The notes under the pieces: generated by a model
What the model saw: the letters and a program-made list of their open reading frames with translations, nothing else
The model's database searches: none
What the model was told of the DNA's origin: nothing
Source: Desulfotalea psychrophila LSv54
GTDB lineage: Bacteria > Desulfobacterota > Desulfobulbia > Desulfobulbales > Desulfocapsaceae
NCBI RefSeq assembly: GCF_000025945.1
Contig: NC_006138.1
Coordinates: 930,001 to 962,000 of the forward strand
Direction of reading: 5' to 3'
DNA length: 32,000 bases
Shown here: positions 1 to 11,169 of the stretch, one piece after another
How positions within the stretch are numbered: the first letter of the stretch is position 1
Layout of the letters: each line of letters opens with the position of its first letter
Program-made: the position numbers and the translations under genes

Positions 1-1240
1 TGGCGGTGCCTTTGTTTTAGTTTACCTGGTGGCTATTTTACTCTGTGGTATGCCCCTGTTGATGGCGGAATTTGCCATTGGTCGTCACTCGCAAAAGGAT
101 GTTGTCGGTTCCTTTAGAGATCTGATGCCAAAATCAAAGGGATGGCAGATTGTCGGTTGGTTAAACCTCTCAGCTGCCTTTATCATTCTCTCCTATTACG
201 GTGTTATTGCCGGTTGGACCCTGTTTTACCTCTTTGAAGCGGTAACTAATAATTTCGCCGGTCAGAGCCCAGAGGCAATTGATGCAGTCTTTGGTGGACT
301 TGTTACCAGCCCCACTACTCAGCTTCTCTGTCTGACCTACTTTACCATTCTTGTTGTTATCGCTGTTGCTTCTGGTATCCAGAAGGGTATTGAGCGTTGG
401 AATAAGGTGATGATGCCGACCCTCTTTGGTATTGTTGTTGTTTTGGCCCTCTACTCCCTTACCACTCCGGGAGCAGTGGCTGGTTGGAAGTTTATGCTCT
501 ACCCTGACTTCTCCAAGTTGACCATGGGAGGTGTGCTTGAGGCTATCGGTCACTCTTTCTTTACCCTCAGTATTGCCATGGGTATCTTGGTAACCTACGC
601 AAGTTATATGGATAAGAAAGAGAAGATCTTTCCCGTTGCCATCCGGATCGCCTTTCTTGATACCGTTGTGGCCATTGGTGCCGGTCTTGCTATTTTTCCA
701 ATCGTATTCTCCTTTGGTATGGAGCCTGGTGCCGGTCCTGGTCTTATCTTTAAGACTCTGCCCAAGGCATTTGCCCAAATGCCCTTTGGTAATGTGTTGG
801 GAACCCTGTTCTTTGTCCTGATGGCCTTTGCTGCCCTCTCTTCTGCTATTTCTCTTCTTGAGGTACTTACCGCTTTTGCCATTGATGAGAAGAAGTATGA
901 TCGTAAGAAGGCAACCATTATCATGGCTATTGCCGTCTATATTGCCGGTATTCCCTCTGCCCTTTCCTACTCTACCTTTTCTGATATCACCATTTGGGGT
1001 GGCATGCCTATCCTGGATGGTCTTGACCATATGGCAAGTAACTATATGCTGCCAATCGGTGGTCTGTTGATTGCTGTTTATGCAGGTTTTATTGTTGATA
1101 AGCGTATTCTGCAGGCAGAGATTACAGAAGATGGTGCTAAGTATGTGAAGGTCTTTAGGGTGTGGTATTTCACCATCCGTTACGTGACCCCCGTACTCGT
1201 TTTTGTAGTTTTTCTTAAGAGTGTTGGCCTGCTTGGCTAG
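1..1240 (+). CDS. Sodium-dependent transporter, neurotransmitter:sodium symporter (NSS/SNF) family; 5' end cut by window edge
   Basis: The frame stays open to position 2. The upstream codons read GGAFVLVYLVAILLCGMPLLMAEFAIGR, the hallmark NSS TM1 region. The protein is polytopic and hydrophobic. The tracked start at 29 is a GTG inside this motif, so the true start lies upstream of the window. Confidence 0.85.
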   Translation, partial: GGAFVLVYLVAILLCGMPLLMAEFAIGRHSQKDVVGSFRDLMPKSKGWQIVGWLNLSAAFIILSYYGVIAGWTLFYLFEAVTNNFAGQSPEAIDAVFGGLVTSPTTQLLCLTYFTILVVIAVASGIQKGIERWNKVMMPTLFGIVVVLALYSLTTPGAVAGWKFMLYPDFSKLTMGGVLEAIGHSFFTLSIAMGILVTYASYMDKKEKIFPVAIRIAFLDTVVAIGAGLAIFPIVFSFGMEPGAGPGLIFKTLPKAFAQMPFGNVLGTLFFVLMAFAALSSAISLLEVLTAFAIDEKKYDRKKATIIMAIAVYIAGIPSALSYSTFSDITIWGGMPILDGLDHMASNYMLPIGGLLIAVYAGFIVDKRILQAEITEDGAKYVKVFRVWYFTIRYVTPVLVFVVFLKSVGLLG

Positions 1241-1264
1241 TTTTCTCGGCCTCCTCTGTATAAA

Positions 1265-1299
1265 AGCTCTCAGCCTTAAGGCTGGGAGCTTTTTTTTTG
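1265..1299 (+). terminator. Rho-independent terminator after the NSS transporter gene
   Basis: 11-bp stem AGCTCTCAGCC (1265-1275) pairs with GGCTGGGAGCT (1280-1290), with a TTAA loop. A run of nine T follows (1291-1299). Confidence 0.8.
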
Positions 1300-1760
1300 T
1301 CCGAAGGGCAGGGGCGAGGGATGGGGGCATGTTGGCAAATGGATGATTTTTGCCCAGGCATGATATGGGGATTAACCTTGTATTTTTAGGCTGTTATTTT
1401 ATCACCCTGTGCTGGGGCTATTTATGGCAGGCCAGGGGCTGATGGTGGGGAGCTTGCCTGATAAAAATTGAGAAGACATTTGATATATATGCAAAAGTAT
1501 TGTTTGTATAGCCTCCGCTGCCGGGTGAATCCGAGCCTCTTTGCGCATCCTGACCCTTGTTTTCTATTGGATTTTTTTTGTAAAATTCACGGAGATGCTT
1601 GAATGTGACGGCATAACGGGTTCTATTACATCATGTAGAAGGATTAAAACACTGTTGTTTGCAGAATGTTTCTCTATCCATTTTAGTTTTAGAGGCAACG
1701 GTCTGTTTTCTCTGCAAGCTCAATATTCTAGATTAAAAAACTGCCGATAAAAGACACGCT

Positions 1761-4409
1761 ATGAAAGGAAATGAAATTCGCTCAAGGTTTTTGGAGTATT
1801 TTAAGGGTAACGGTCACACCGTTGCTGAAAGTTCTTCATTAGTTCCCAAGGATGATCCCACTCTGCTCTTCACCAATGCGGGGATGGTGCAATTCAAAAG
1901 GGTTTTTATGGGGGATGATAAGAGAGGATATGTCCGAGCTGTTACCAGTCAGAAATGTGTTCGGGCAGGAGGAAAACATAACGATCTGGAGAATGTAGGT
2001 TATACAGCTCGCCATCATACCTTTTTTGAGATGTTAGGTAATTTTTCCTTTGGAGATTATTTCAAGGAGGAGGCGATTCGCCTTGCCTGGAATTTTCTTA
2101 CCGTGGAGCTTGGTCTGCCAGCTGAGAAGATGTGGGTTTCCGTCTTTGAAGATGATGATGAGGCCTTCGCCCTTTGGGAGAAGGTAGAAGACCTGCCCAA
2201 GGGACGTATTGTTCGTCTCGGTGAGAAGGATAATTTTTGGGCCATGGGTGATACCGGACCCTGTGGACCATGTTCTGAAATTCATATTGATCAGGGGGTG
2301 GGCTCCAGTCCCTGTGATAATCCCAACTGTGCCGTTGGCTGTGACTGTGATCGCTTTCTTGAGCTGTGGAATCTCGTTTTTATGCAGTTCAATCGGGCGG
2401 AAGATGGTTCACTGACAGCTCTTCCCAGGCCAAGTATTGATACGGGTATGGGGCTTGAGCGGGTTGCTGCTGTGCTCCAGGGTAAGTTCAATAACTACGA
2501 TTCTGATCTCTTTGCGCCCATTATTGCCGTCCTTGAGGATATTTCCGGAGTGAAATATGGGGCAGCTGCAGATACTGATACGGCTATTCGGGTTATTGCC
2601 GATCATGCCCGGGCGACCAGTTTTCTGGTGGCCGATGGCGTTTTGCCTTCCAACGAGGGTCGCGGCTATGTGCTTCGTCGTATCATGCGTCGTGCCGTTC
2701 GCTATGGCAAGAAGCTGGGTCTTGAAAAGCCATTTATGGACCGGGTTACCAAGGCTGTCTGTGCCGAGATGCAAAACGCTTATCCACAACTTGTGGCGAC
2801 CGCTGCCCTTCTGGAGAAGGTTGTCAACAACGAGGAGGAGCGTTTTCGTGAGACTCTAGAGCATGGTCTTGTGCAGCTGGATGAGAAGATCAGTCAACTC
2901 CTTACGAGTGGTGGAGATGCCGTTATTGACGGCCCCTTTATCTTTAAGCTCTATGATACCTTTGGCTTTCCCTTCGATATTGTTCGCGATATTGCTCTGG
3001 AGCGTGGGGTCGGTTTTGATGAGGCAGGTTTTGCCACAGCCATGGCTGAGCAACGTGCCAAATCCCGTGCCTCCCGAAAGGGTGAAGGCGTTAAGCTCCA
3101 CGACGAGGGGGTCAAGGCCCTGGCCGATGCTGGCAAAAAGGCAGAGTTTCTTGGCTATGAGGGACTTGAGGCAGATTCCGTGGTGGAAGGTTTGCTCTCC
3201 GAGCAGGGCAGTGGGGTTGAAAAACTTGTCGCCGGTGAAAAGGGTAGAGTCTTTGTGGCGGCCACTCCGTTTTATGCCGAGGCGGGTGGGCAGATGGGTG
3301 ATAGAGGCTCTGTGCGCTGGCAAGGTGGGCAGGCATCTGTCTATGCCACCCAGGCCGAGGGCACGGGGCTGATCCTTCATGATCTCTTGGTGGAGGAGGG
3401 TGAGCTGAGCCTGGGGCTTGAGGTGACTCTTCAGGTGGATGATGAGGAGAGAAAGGCAACTGCCTCTAACCATAGTGCAACTCATCTCCTGCAGGCGGCG
3501 CTTATCTCCGTTTTGGGTGATCATGTTAAACAGTCAGGTTCTCTGGTTGGTCCTGAACGATTGCGCTTTGATTTCACCAATTTTTCTCAGCTAACAGCTG
3601 CAGAGATTGCCCAGGTGGAGACCCTGGTCAATGAGCAGATACGAAATAATGCCGTTATAGCAACGGATGTTCTCTCAAAACAGGAGGCAATTGCCGGTGG
3701 GGCCACGGCTCTCTTTGGGGAAAAATATGACGATGATGTACGTGTTGTCTCCATGGGCGATTATAGTAGGGAGCTTTGCGGTGGCACTCATGTCGGGGCA
3801 ACGGGCGAAATTGGTCTCTTTGTTATTCTGTCGGAGAGTGGTATTGCCGCTGGTGTGCGTCGTATAGAGGCCTTGACAGGCCGCGCAGCCCTTGCCTATG
3901 TCCAGGGTCGTCTCTCTACGGGTAATGAGCTTGCAGATCTCTTGAGCTGTAAATCAGGCGATCTGGTGCCTAAGGTTGAATCTTTGCTGACTGCTGTTAA
4001 GGAGGGTGAGAAACGTGTTGCCCAACTTGCAGGTCAACTTGCCAGCTCCGGTCTGGATGATCTGTTGAATAATGCCCTGACCGTTGCCGGGATAAAGGTT
4101 GTTGTGGCTGAGGTGCCTCTGGAAAATGCCAAGGCCCTGCGTGAGCTTGGTGATAAGGTCCGGGATAATCTGGAGAGTGGCATTGCTGTTATTGGTGGTG
4201 CTGTTGGTGGTAAGGTTGCCCTTCTTGCCATTGTTACCAAAGATCTGGTAGATAGAATTCAGGCAGGACGGATCGTCAGTGAGGTTTCCGGAATTGTTGG
4301 TGGAAAAGGTGGTGGCCGTCCTGATATGGCTCAGGCTGGCGGTACCATGCCAGATAAGCTCAGCGAGGCAATAGCCTCTGTTCCAGCAATTATCGAAGCG
4401 ATGCTGTAA
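1761..4409 (+). CDS. alaS: Alanine--tRNA ligase
   Basis: 882 aa. The N-terminus MKGNEIRSRFLEYFKGNGH...FTNAGMVQFK...KCVRAGGKHNDLENVG matches the class II AlaRS catalytic core. The editing domain HSATHLL and CGGTH motifs and a C-terminal DHHA1-like GGGRPDMAQAGG are present. Confidence 0.97.
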   Translation: MKGNEIRSRFLEYFKGNGHTVAESSSLVPKDDPTLLFTNAGMVQFKRVFMGDDKRGYVRAVTSQKCVRAGGKHNDLENVGYTARHHTFFEMLGNFSFGDYFKEEAIRLAWNFLTVELGLPAEKMWVSVFEDDDEAFALWEKVEDLPKGRIVRLGEKDNFWAMGDTGPCGPCSEIHIDQGVGSSPCDNPNCAVGCDCDRFLELWNLVFMQFNRAEDGSLTALPRPSIDTGMGLERVAAVLQGKFNNYDSDLFAPIIAVLEDISGVKYGAAADTDTAIRVIADHARATSFLVADGVLPSNEGRGYVLRRIMRRAVRYGKKLGLEKPFMDRVTKAVCAEMQNAYPQLVATAALLEKVVNNEEERFRETLEHGLVQLDEKISQLLTSGGDAVIDGPFIFKLYDTFGFPFDIVRDIALERGVGFDEAGFATAMAEQRAKSRASRKGEGVKLHDEGVKALADAGKKAEFLGYEGLEADSVVEGLLSEQGSGVEKLVAGEKGRVFVAATPFYAEAGGQMGDRGSVRWQGGQASVYATQAEGTGLILHDLLVEEGELSLGLEVTLQVDDEERKATASNHSATHLLQAALISVLGDHVKQSGSLVGPERLRFDFTNFSQLTAAEIAQVETLVNEQIRNNAVIATDVLSKQEAIAGGATALFGEKYDDDVRVVSMGDYSRELCGGTHVGATGEIGLFVILSESGIAAGVRRIEALTGRAALAYVQGRLSTGNELADLLSCKSGDLVPKVESLLTAVKEGEKRVAQLAGQLASSGLDDLLNNALTVAGIKVVVAEVPLENAKALRELGDKVRDNLESGIAVIGGAVGGKVALLAIVTKDLVDRIQAGRIVSEVSGIVGGKGGGRPDMAQAGGTMPDKLSEAIASVPAIIEAML

Positions 4410-4519
4410 AAGGTAGCGCGCGGTATCTCTTTTGATGCGATCGCTTGAAGAAAGCGTATTTCCGCAGGTTTTTCTGCCTAACTTATTGCTAAACGGGGAA
4501 TATCCTGATTAAAAATGAG

Positions 4520-4548
4520 TTGACAGGCGGTCGCATTTGCAGTAAAAA
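4520..4548 (+). promoter_or_regulatory. Possible sigma70-type promoter of the ATP synthase operon
   Basis: TTGACA (4520-4525), a 17-nt spacer, then TAAAAA (4543-4548). It lies about 160 nt upstream of the first atp gene. Pattern match only. Confidence 0.3.
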
Positions 4549-4709
4549 AATTCTATTATCTTGACTCGTTGGAGTCATTATACCCACCTAACACGTAGTA
4601 AGGTTGTGCAGTTTCACCTTGTATGCGGTCATCGTTCATTCTTGAATCGTTAGAATGGATGTTACGTTTTTTTTTGTTTGTTATCTTAGCTTATTGGGGG
4701 AGTGATAAC

Positions 4710-5141
4710 ATGATTACAATGGATATTACTTTGGTAATTCAGATTGTTAACATGGTTGTTCTCATGTTTCTGCTGAACAAAGTTCTTTACAAACCTGTAA
4801 AGAAAATTTTGGCGGAGCGATTTGAAAAGTTGCGGGGTATGCGCGGCGAAATTTCGAAGTTTGAAAAAAACGCGAGTTTGCGTCAGAGTGACATGAATGC
4901 AAAGATGACCGAGGCCTCAGGAAAGGCCAAGGTTGCTTTGGACTCTGCTCGTGCAGATGCACAGGCCGCAGGCGATACAAAGCTTGCTGCAATTAAGGCT
5001 GAGGCTGACTCTGTAAAGGAGAAGCAGCTTGCCGAGGTCAAATCTCAAATTGAAAGTGCCAGGGCCGGTTTGCAAACAGAGCTCTCTCTCTTTGCAAGGG
5101 ATATGGCAGGTAAAATTTTGGGGAGGAGTTTAAAGGCATGA
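4710..5141 (+). CDS. atpF2: F0F1 ATP synthase subunit b' (second b-type stalk subunit)
   Basis: ATG at 4710 is preceded by GGGGGAG (4696-4702). There is a single N-terminal TM helix (ITLVIQIVNMVVLMFLL) followed by a long charged coiled-coil typical of b subunits. It is the first gene of the atp operon. The tracked ORF start at 4623 has no RBS. Confidence 0.85.
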   Translation: MITMDITLVIQIVNMVVLMFLLNKVLYKPVKKILAERFEKLRGMRGEISKFEKNASLRQSDMNAKMTEASGKAKVALDSARADAQAAGDTKLAAIKAEADSVKEKQLAEVKSQIESARAGLQTELSLFARDMAGKILGRSLKA

Positions 5142-5866
5142 AAGAGAATATAAAACGTGTTCTGCCATTTTTGCTGGTATTGCTTTTTGCCTTTGCTCCT
5201 CTCGCTCTTGCCTCAGCTCCAGTTGATGCTCCGGCTCCAGCTGATGCTCCGGCTGATGCTCTGCCTTCTGCTAAGGTTATTTCTGCTCCAGCCGATGCCG
5301 GTGTTATTGAAGCGGTAGAACTGGAACATGCAACCGTTACTGGTGCCCATGATGTAGCGGTAGCCCATGTCGCTGACAGCCTCTCCCATGAGAAGTTGAT
5401 GGATCTTTTCTGGCGAGTGTTGAACTTTGCCGTGTTGATGGCCATCTTGATCAAGTTTGGGGCAAAGCCTATTGCTAATGCTCTTTCCGGTCGTCAGCAG
5501 CGGGTGAAGTCTGAAGTGGAGGATCTTGAGGCCCGTCGCATTGTTGCCGAGAAAGAGTTTCGCCAGTTTGAGGCAAAGCTTGCCAATGTTGAAAAGGATA
5601 TTGATAGCATTGTTGATAAGGCCGTTGCCCAGGCCGAGATTGAGAAGGCTAAGATTCTAGAAAGAGCCGAGCAGGCGGCAGCAGATATTCAAAAATCTGC
5701 TGAGCAGGCAATCCAGAATGAGATTGCCAACGCTAAACGTAGCCTGAAAAACGATGCTGCTGATCAGGCCGCTGTTATGGCAGAGGAACTTATTGTTAAG
5801 CACCTCACCGCTGATGATCAGGTAAAAATTGTTGAAGATTATTTAGCTAAAGTGGGGGCCGTGTAA
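5138..5866 (+). CDS. atpF: F0F1 ATP synthase subunit b with extended N-terminus
   Basis: ATGA overlap with the preceding gene. The C-terminal 155 aa (MDLFWRVLNFAVLMAILIKFGAKPI... plus coiled coil) is a canonical b subunit. The first roughly 87 aa are a signal-like hydrophobic stretch plus Ala/Pro/Asp repeats. An internal start at about 5399 cannot be excluded. Confidence 0.8.
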   Translation: MKENIKRVLPFLLVLLFAFAPLALASAPVDAPAPADAPADALPSAKVISAPADAGVIEAVELEHATVTGAHDVAVAHVADSLSHEKLMDLFWRVLNFAVLMAILIKFGAKPIANALSGRQQRVKSEVEDLEARRIVAEKEFRQFEAKLANVEKDIDSIVDKAVAQAEIEKAKILERAEQAAADIQKSAEQAIQNEIANAKRSLKNDAADQAAVMAEELIVKHLTADDQVKIVEDYLAKVGAV

Positions 5867-6411
5867 TGAAACAGACAATCCTCGCACGAAGATATGCAAA
5901 AGCTGTCTTTTCCATAGGCGCCGATAGTGGCAAATATGGGGAGTATAATGATGCTCTTCAGGCTGTTGCAAATCTGTATATGACCAACCCCGATGTTGTA
6001 GATGCTCTAACCAACCCTCTTTATCCTTTAGAACTTCGTGAGAAGGTGATGGTAGGAATAGTAAAGTCCATGGACATTGATGCTGTAATGAGCAATTTCC
6101 TCAATCTCCTCGTTGAGAAAAAGCGTGCGGAAATTCTTCCAGAGATAGCAGAAGAGTTTCAGGCCATGGTTGATGATGCTCAGAATCTGAGCCATGGAAG
6201 CGTGATTTCAGCCGTTGAGTTGAGTGAAGAGTTACAGGGGAAAATTCAGCAGACATTAGAAAAGCTAACCGGTAAGAAGGTGGAGCTTACGACCAGTGTC
6301 GATCCATCAATCATTGGTGGTATTGTGGCCAAGGTAGGTGACTTGGTGCTGGACGGTAGCATTAAAACACAACTTGCAGGTTTAAAAGAATCCATTAAGG
6401 GGAGAGAATAG
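5866..6411 (+). CDS. atpH: F0F1 ATP synthase subunit delta (OSCP)
   Basis: 181 aa with a TAATG stop/start overlap with atpF. ARRYAKAVF... at the N-terminus and IIGG...V.D.S....L at the C-terminus are typical of the delta/OSCP family. Its position lies between b and alpha. Confidence 0.9.
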   Translation: MKQTILARRYAKAVFSIGADSGKYGEYNDALQAVANLYMTNPDVVDALTNPLYPLELREKVMVGIVKSMDIDAVMSNFLNLLVEKKRAEILPEIAEEFQAMVDDAQNLSHGSVISAVELSEELQGKIQQTLEKLTGKKVELTTSVDPSIIGGIVAKVGDLVLDGSIKTQLAGLKESIKGRE

Positions 6412-7935
6412 ATGCAGATTAAAGCCGAAGAAATCAGTCAGATTATCAAAGATCAGATCGGAGACTACGAGACAAGTGTAGATCTGAACGAGACTGGTAC
6501 CGTTATTTCTGTTGGTGATGGTATCGCCCGTATCTATGGTGTACAAAATTGTATGGCAATGGAGCTTCTTGAATTCCCTAGTGGAATTATGGGACTTGCC
6601 CTGAACCTTGAGGAAGATAACGTTGGTTGTGCAGTACTCGGTAGTGTTCAAGGTATTAAGGAAGGCGATATTGTTAAGCGTACCGGTAAGATTGCAGAGG
6701 TTCCTGTAGGACCTGCAATGTCCGGCCGTGTTGTTGATGGTCTTGGCAAGCCTATTGATGGCCAAGGTCCAATTAACTCTGATCTTACCTCTAAGATTGA
6801 AGTGGTGGCTCCAGGTGTTATTGCCCGTAAAGGTGTGCATGAACCATGTTACACCGGTGCCAAGGCAGTTGATGCTATGACCCCTGTTGGTCGTGGACAG
6901 CGTGAGCTGGTGATCGGTGATCGTCAGATTGGCAAGACTGCCCTCTGTGTTGATGCAATTATTGCCCAGAAGAACACTGACGTGCACTGCATCTACGTAG
7001 CAGTAGGCCAGAAAAAATCTACCGTAGCCCTTGTGGTGGAAGCCCTGCGTAAGCACGGTGCCATGGAGTACACCACCGTTGTTGCTGCCTGTGCCTCTGA
7101 TCCTGCCCCAATGCAGTATATTGCCCCCTTTGCCGGTTGTTCCATGGGTGAGTACTACCGTGATAATGGTCAACATGCCCTGATCATCTATGATGATCTT
7201 TCCAAGCAGGCAGTTGCCTATCGTGAACTCTCCCTGCTTCTTCGTCGTCCACCGGGACGTGAGGCTTATCCGGGTGATATTTTCTTTAATCACTCCCGTC
7301 TGCTTGAGCGTGCCTCCAAGGTAAATGATGAGCTTGGTGCCGGTTCTCTTACTGCCCTGCCAATCATTGAAACTCAGGCCGGTGATGTTTCTGCCTTTAT
7401 TCCTACCAACGTTATTTCTATTACCGACGGTCAGGTGTATCTCGAGCCAAACCTCTTCTTCTCCGGTGTTCGTCCAGCGGTAAATATTGGTCTCTCTGTA
7501 TCCCGTGTTGGCGGCTCTGCCCAGTGTAAGGCGATGAAACAGGTAGCAGGTACCCTGCGTCTTGATCTTGCCCAGTATCGTGAGCTTGCCGCTTTTGCAG
7601 CCTTTGGCTCTGATCTTGATGTTTCAACCCAGGCTAAACTTACCCGTGGAGAGAGACTCGTTGAGATCCTCAAGCAGCCACAGTATCAGCCACTACCAAT
7701 GGAGAAGCAGGTAACTATTCTCTACGCTGGTTCTACAGGTCATCTTGACTCACTTCCTATTGGCAGCTTGGCAGCCTACGAGGCAGATCTCTATGACTAT
7801 CTTGAGGCTAATGAGCCATCAGTCTTTACCGATCTGGTAGCCGAACAGGCCTTCACCGATGGAATTAAAGAGAAACTCAATAAGGCACTGACCAGCTTTG
7901 GTGAAACGTTCAAGGCAATCAAGGGTCTTAAATAA
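6412..7935 (+). CDS. atpA: F0F1 ATP synthase subunit alpha
   Basis: 507 aa with P-loop GDRQIGKT. Long conserved blocks are present, e.g. [27 protein letters not shown] and ITDGQVYLE. Confidence 0.98.
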   Translation: MQIKAEEISQIIKDQIGDYETSVDLNETGTVISVGDGIARIYGVQNCMAMELLEFPSGIMGLALNLEEDNVGCAVLGSVQGIKEGDIVKRTGKIAEVPVGPAMSGRVVDGLGKPIDGQGPINSDLTSKIEVVAPGVIARKGVHEPCYTGAKAVDAMTPVGRGQRELVIGDRQIGKTALCVDAIIAQKNTDVHCIYVAVGQKKSTVALVVEALRKHGAMEYTTVVAACASDPAPMQYIAPFAGCSMGEYYRDNGQHALIIYDDLSKQAVAYRELSLLLRRPPGREAYPGDIFFNHSRLLERASKVNDELGAGSLTALPIIETQAGDVSAFIPTNVISITDGQVYLEPNLFFSGVRPAVNIGLSVSRVGGSAQCKAMKQVAGTLRLDLAQYRELAAFAAFGSDLDVSTQAKLTRGERLVEILKQPQYQPLPMEKQVTILYAGSTGHLDSLPIGSLAAYEADLYDYLEANEPSVFTDLVAEQAFTDGIKEKLNKALTSFGETFKAIKGLK

Positions 7936-7953
7936 TCAAAGAAAGGTCACGAT

Positions 7954-8826
7954 ATGCCGAGTTTAAAAGAAGTTAAAACAAAGATCACAGGTGTAAAGAA
8001 GACATCTCAGATTACTAAGGCGATGAACATGGTCGCTGCCTCAAGGTTGCGTGGTGCTCAGGATAAGATGGAATCCTTTCGTCCATACGCATCTAAGTTT
8101 AGCGAGGCTATGTCAAATCTGTCCGGCGGGGGAAATACCAATGCCTTTCCTCTGATGGATGTCCGTGATGTTAAAACGGTGGAGCTTATTGTTGTTACCT
8201 CCGATCGTGGTTTATGTGGTTCCTTTAATGCCAATGTTGTGAAGCTTACCGAAAAGAAGATGGCTCAGTATCGGGCTGAAGGAAAAAAGGTAAGTCTGAT
8301 CTGTATTGGCAAGAAGGGATATCAGTTATTGAGAAAGAGTGGCGCCGTTCGTGAGAATTATTCAGACATAATGGCTCATTTTTCTATAAATAACGCCCGA
8401 GAAATTGCATCTGATGTGGCGGATAACTTTCTCAAGGGAACCGCTGATAAGGTAGAGATTATTTATGGTGCCTTTAAGTCCGTTGCCGTTCAGGCCCCGG
8501 TTGCCGAGGATCTTCTGCCTATCCAACCCGTTGTCAGCAGTGAGCCTGCGGGCGAGCAGACCATGTCTGGAGACTATATCTATGAACCTTCCAGTGAAGA
8601 GATCATGGATGCCATGCAGCCACTCTATCTCAACGTGCTCGTCTATCATGCCATGCTTGAGGTGGGTGCCTCTGAGCATGCTGCCAGGATGACAGCAATG
8701 GACAATGCAACCACAGCATGTCGAGATATTGTTAGTAATTTGACCATTGTATACAATAAGGCTCGCCAGGCCGCTGTAACAAATGAGTTGATGGACATCG
8801 TTGGCGGCGCAGAAGCTCTTAAATAG
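7954..8826 (+). CDS. atpG: F0F1 ATP synthase subunit gamma
   Basis: 290 aa. The N-terminus IKTKITGVKKTSQITKAMNMVAASRLR and C-terminus ARQAAVTNELMDIVGGAEAL are the gamma-subunit signatures. Confidence 0.97.
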   Translation: MPSLKEVKTKITGVKKTSQITKAMNMVAASRLRGAQDKMESFRPYASKFSEAMSNLSGGGNTNAFPLMDVRDVKTVELIVVTSDRGLCGSFNANVVKLTEKKMAQYRAEGKKVSLICIGKKGYQLLRKSGAVRENYSDIMAHFSINNAREIASDVADNFLKGTADKVEIIYGAFKSVAVQAPVAEDLLPIQPVVSSEPAGEQTMSGDYIYEPSSEEIMDAMQPLYLNVLVYHAMLEVGASEHAARMTAMDNATTACRDIVSNLTIVYNKARQAAVTNELMDIVGGAEALK

Positions 8827-8871
8827 AAATTAACTGTTTTACGGATAATCTAAGACTTTGAGGAGGGGTAA

Positions 8872-10293
<1,422 letters not shown>

Positions 10294-10348
10294 ATTCATC
10301 GTCCCTGCTTTCGGGCAGGGATAAAAAATAGTTTGAGAGGTCAACTCC

Positions 10349-10765
10349 ATGGCACAACAAATTAATTTAGAGGTGGTTACACCTTCGGGGTCGATTATTA
10401 ACAAGGATGTTGATATTGTTAACGCTCCCGGTAGCGGTGGCGACTTCGGTGTCTTGGCCAATCACGCACCTCTTTTGTCAACTATCAAGATAGGCGCTTT
10501 GACTTATGAGATCGGTGAGGAACGCAATACCCTGATGGTAAGTGGTGGGTTTTGTGAAGTTTCCAATAATAAAATTACCTTTCTTGTGGAAAGTGCTGAA
10601 GCAAAACAAGATATTGATACTGACAGAGCGATGAAGGCCAAAATAAGAGCTGAAAAGCGCATTGCCAAGCATGGTTTGCCGAGCGATGAGGCTTATAGCG
10701 ATACCCGCGCTGAAGCTGCACTTCACCGTGCACTTATTCGTCTCCGGGTGGCACAGGGACTCTAG
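10349..10765 (+). CDS. atpC: F0F1 ATP synthase subunit epsilon
   Basis: 138 aa. An N-terminal beta-sandwich ([10 protein letters not shown]...) and a C-terminal helical hairpin are present. It is the last gene of the operon and is followed by a strong terminator. Confidence 0.93.
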
Positions 10766-10784
10766 TCCTCCCGCCGCTTGTCAA

Positions 10785-10825
10785 GGGGGCCTCTCTTCGA
10801 AAGAAGAGAGGCCCCCTTTTTTTTT
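10785..10825 (+). terminator. Rho-independent terminator of the atp operon
   Basis: Perfect 14-bp stem GGGGGCCTCTCTTC (10785-10798) pairs with GAAGAGAGGCCCCC (10803-10816) around a GAAA loop. Nine T follow (10817-10825). Confidence 0.92.
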
Positions 10826-11012
10826 GTTTACTACGCTATTATTACAAAAAATAACTGTCCTCTCTTTGCCGGGCTGATTCTGTCTACCACCTCCAACACC
10901 TCTTGTGTTGTGCCTTTCTCCTCCAGCTGGAAACGCCCATAAGGTCTTCTCTGGCTTTTGTTGTTGTCCTTCCGTAAGTAGCTAATCCCTGATATCTTTT
11001 TTGAATCGAGGT

Positions 11013-11050
11013 ATGACGGTGTAGTAACTGTCCGTCATCGTTATTTTTTT
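11013..11050 (+). terminator. Second, orphan rho-independent terminator-like hairpin
   Basis: 7-bp stem ATGACGG (11013-11019) pairs with CCGTCAT (11032-11038) around a 12-nt loop. The tail CGTTATTTTTTTATTT follows. There is no ORF between it and the atp terminator. Confidence 0.5.
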
Positions 11051-11085
11051 ATTTGCAAGGCCATAAAAGGTAAGTTTTGGGTTTT

Positions 11086-11169
11086 TCGAGCAATATACAT
11101 ATGTATAAAGCCTGAAAACTTGAGTATTCGAGCAATGGATGTAGACAGGCCAAATACTTGAGAAGAAGG
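11086..11169. repeat. Two 42-bp tandem repeat units (array 1); the second unit forms the start of repeat A1
   Basis: Unit 1 (11086-11127) is TCGAGCAATATACATATGTATAAAGCCTGAAAACTTGAGTAT. Unit 2 (11128-11169) is TCGAGCAATGGATGTAGACAGGCCAAATACTTGAGAAGAAGG. It belongs to the same family as the units at 12121-12328. Confidence 0.8.

Noticed and set aside
170-1330. 386-aa ORF on the minus strand, antisense to the NSS transporter gene
   Set aside because: It lies entirely inside a confidently identified transporter gene on the other strand. The composition is low-complexity (G/K/N/T-rich), and there is no recognisable motif or RBS. This is a typical shadow ORF.
4623-4709. Upstream extension of the first atp gene (tracked start at 4623)
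   Set aside because: There is no RBS at 4623 and the extra 29 residues are not b-subunit-like. A strong GGGGGAG RBS precedes the ATG at 4710.
6382-7293. 303-aa minus-strand ORF antisense to atpA, with similar antisense ORFs at 2856-3524, 9922-10461, 18456-18935 and 19363-19869
   Set aside because: All are embedded in strongly conserved genes on the opposite strand and have non-protein-like composition. They are shadow ORFs.
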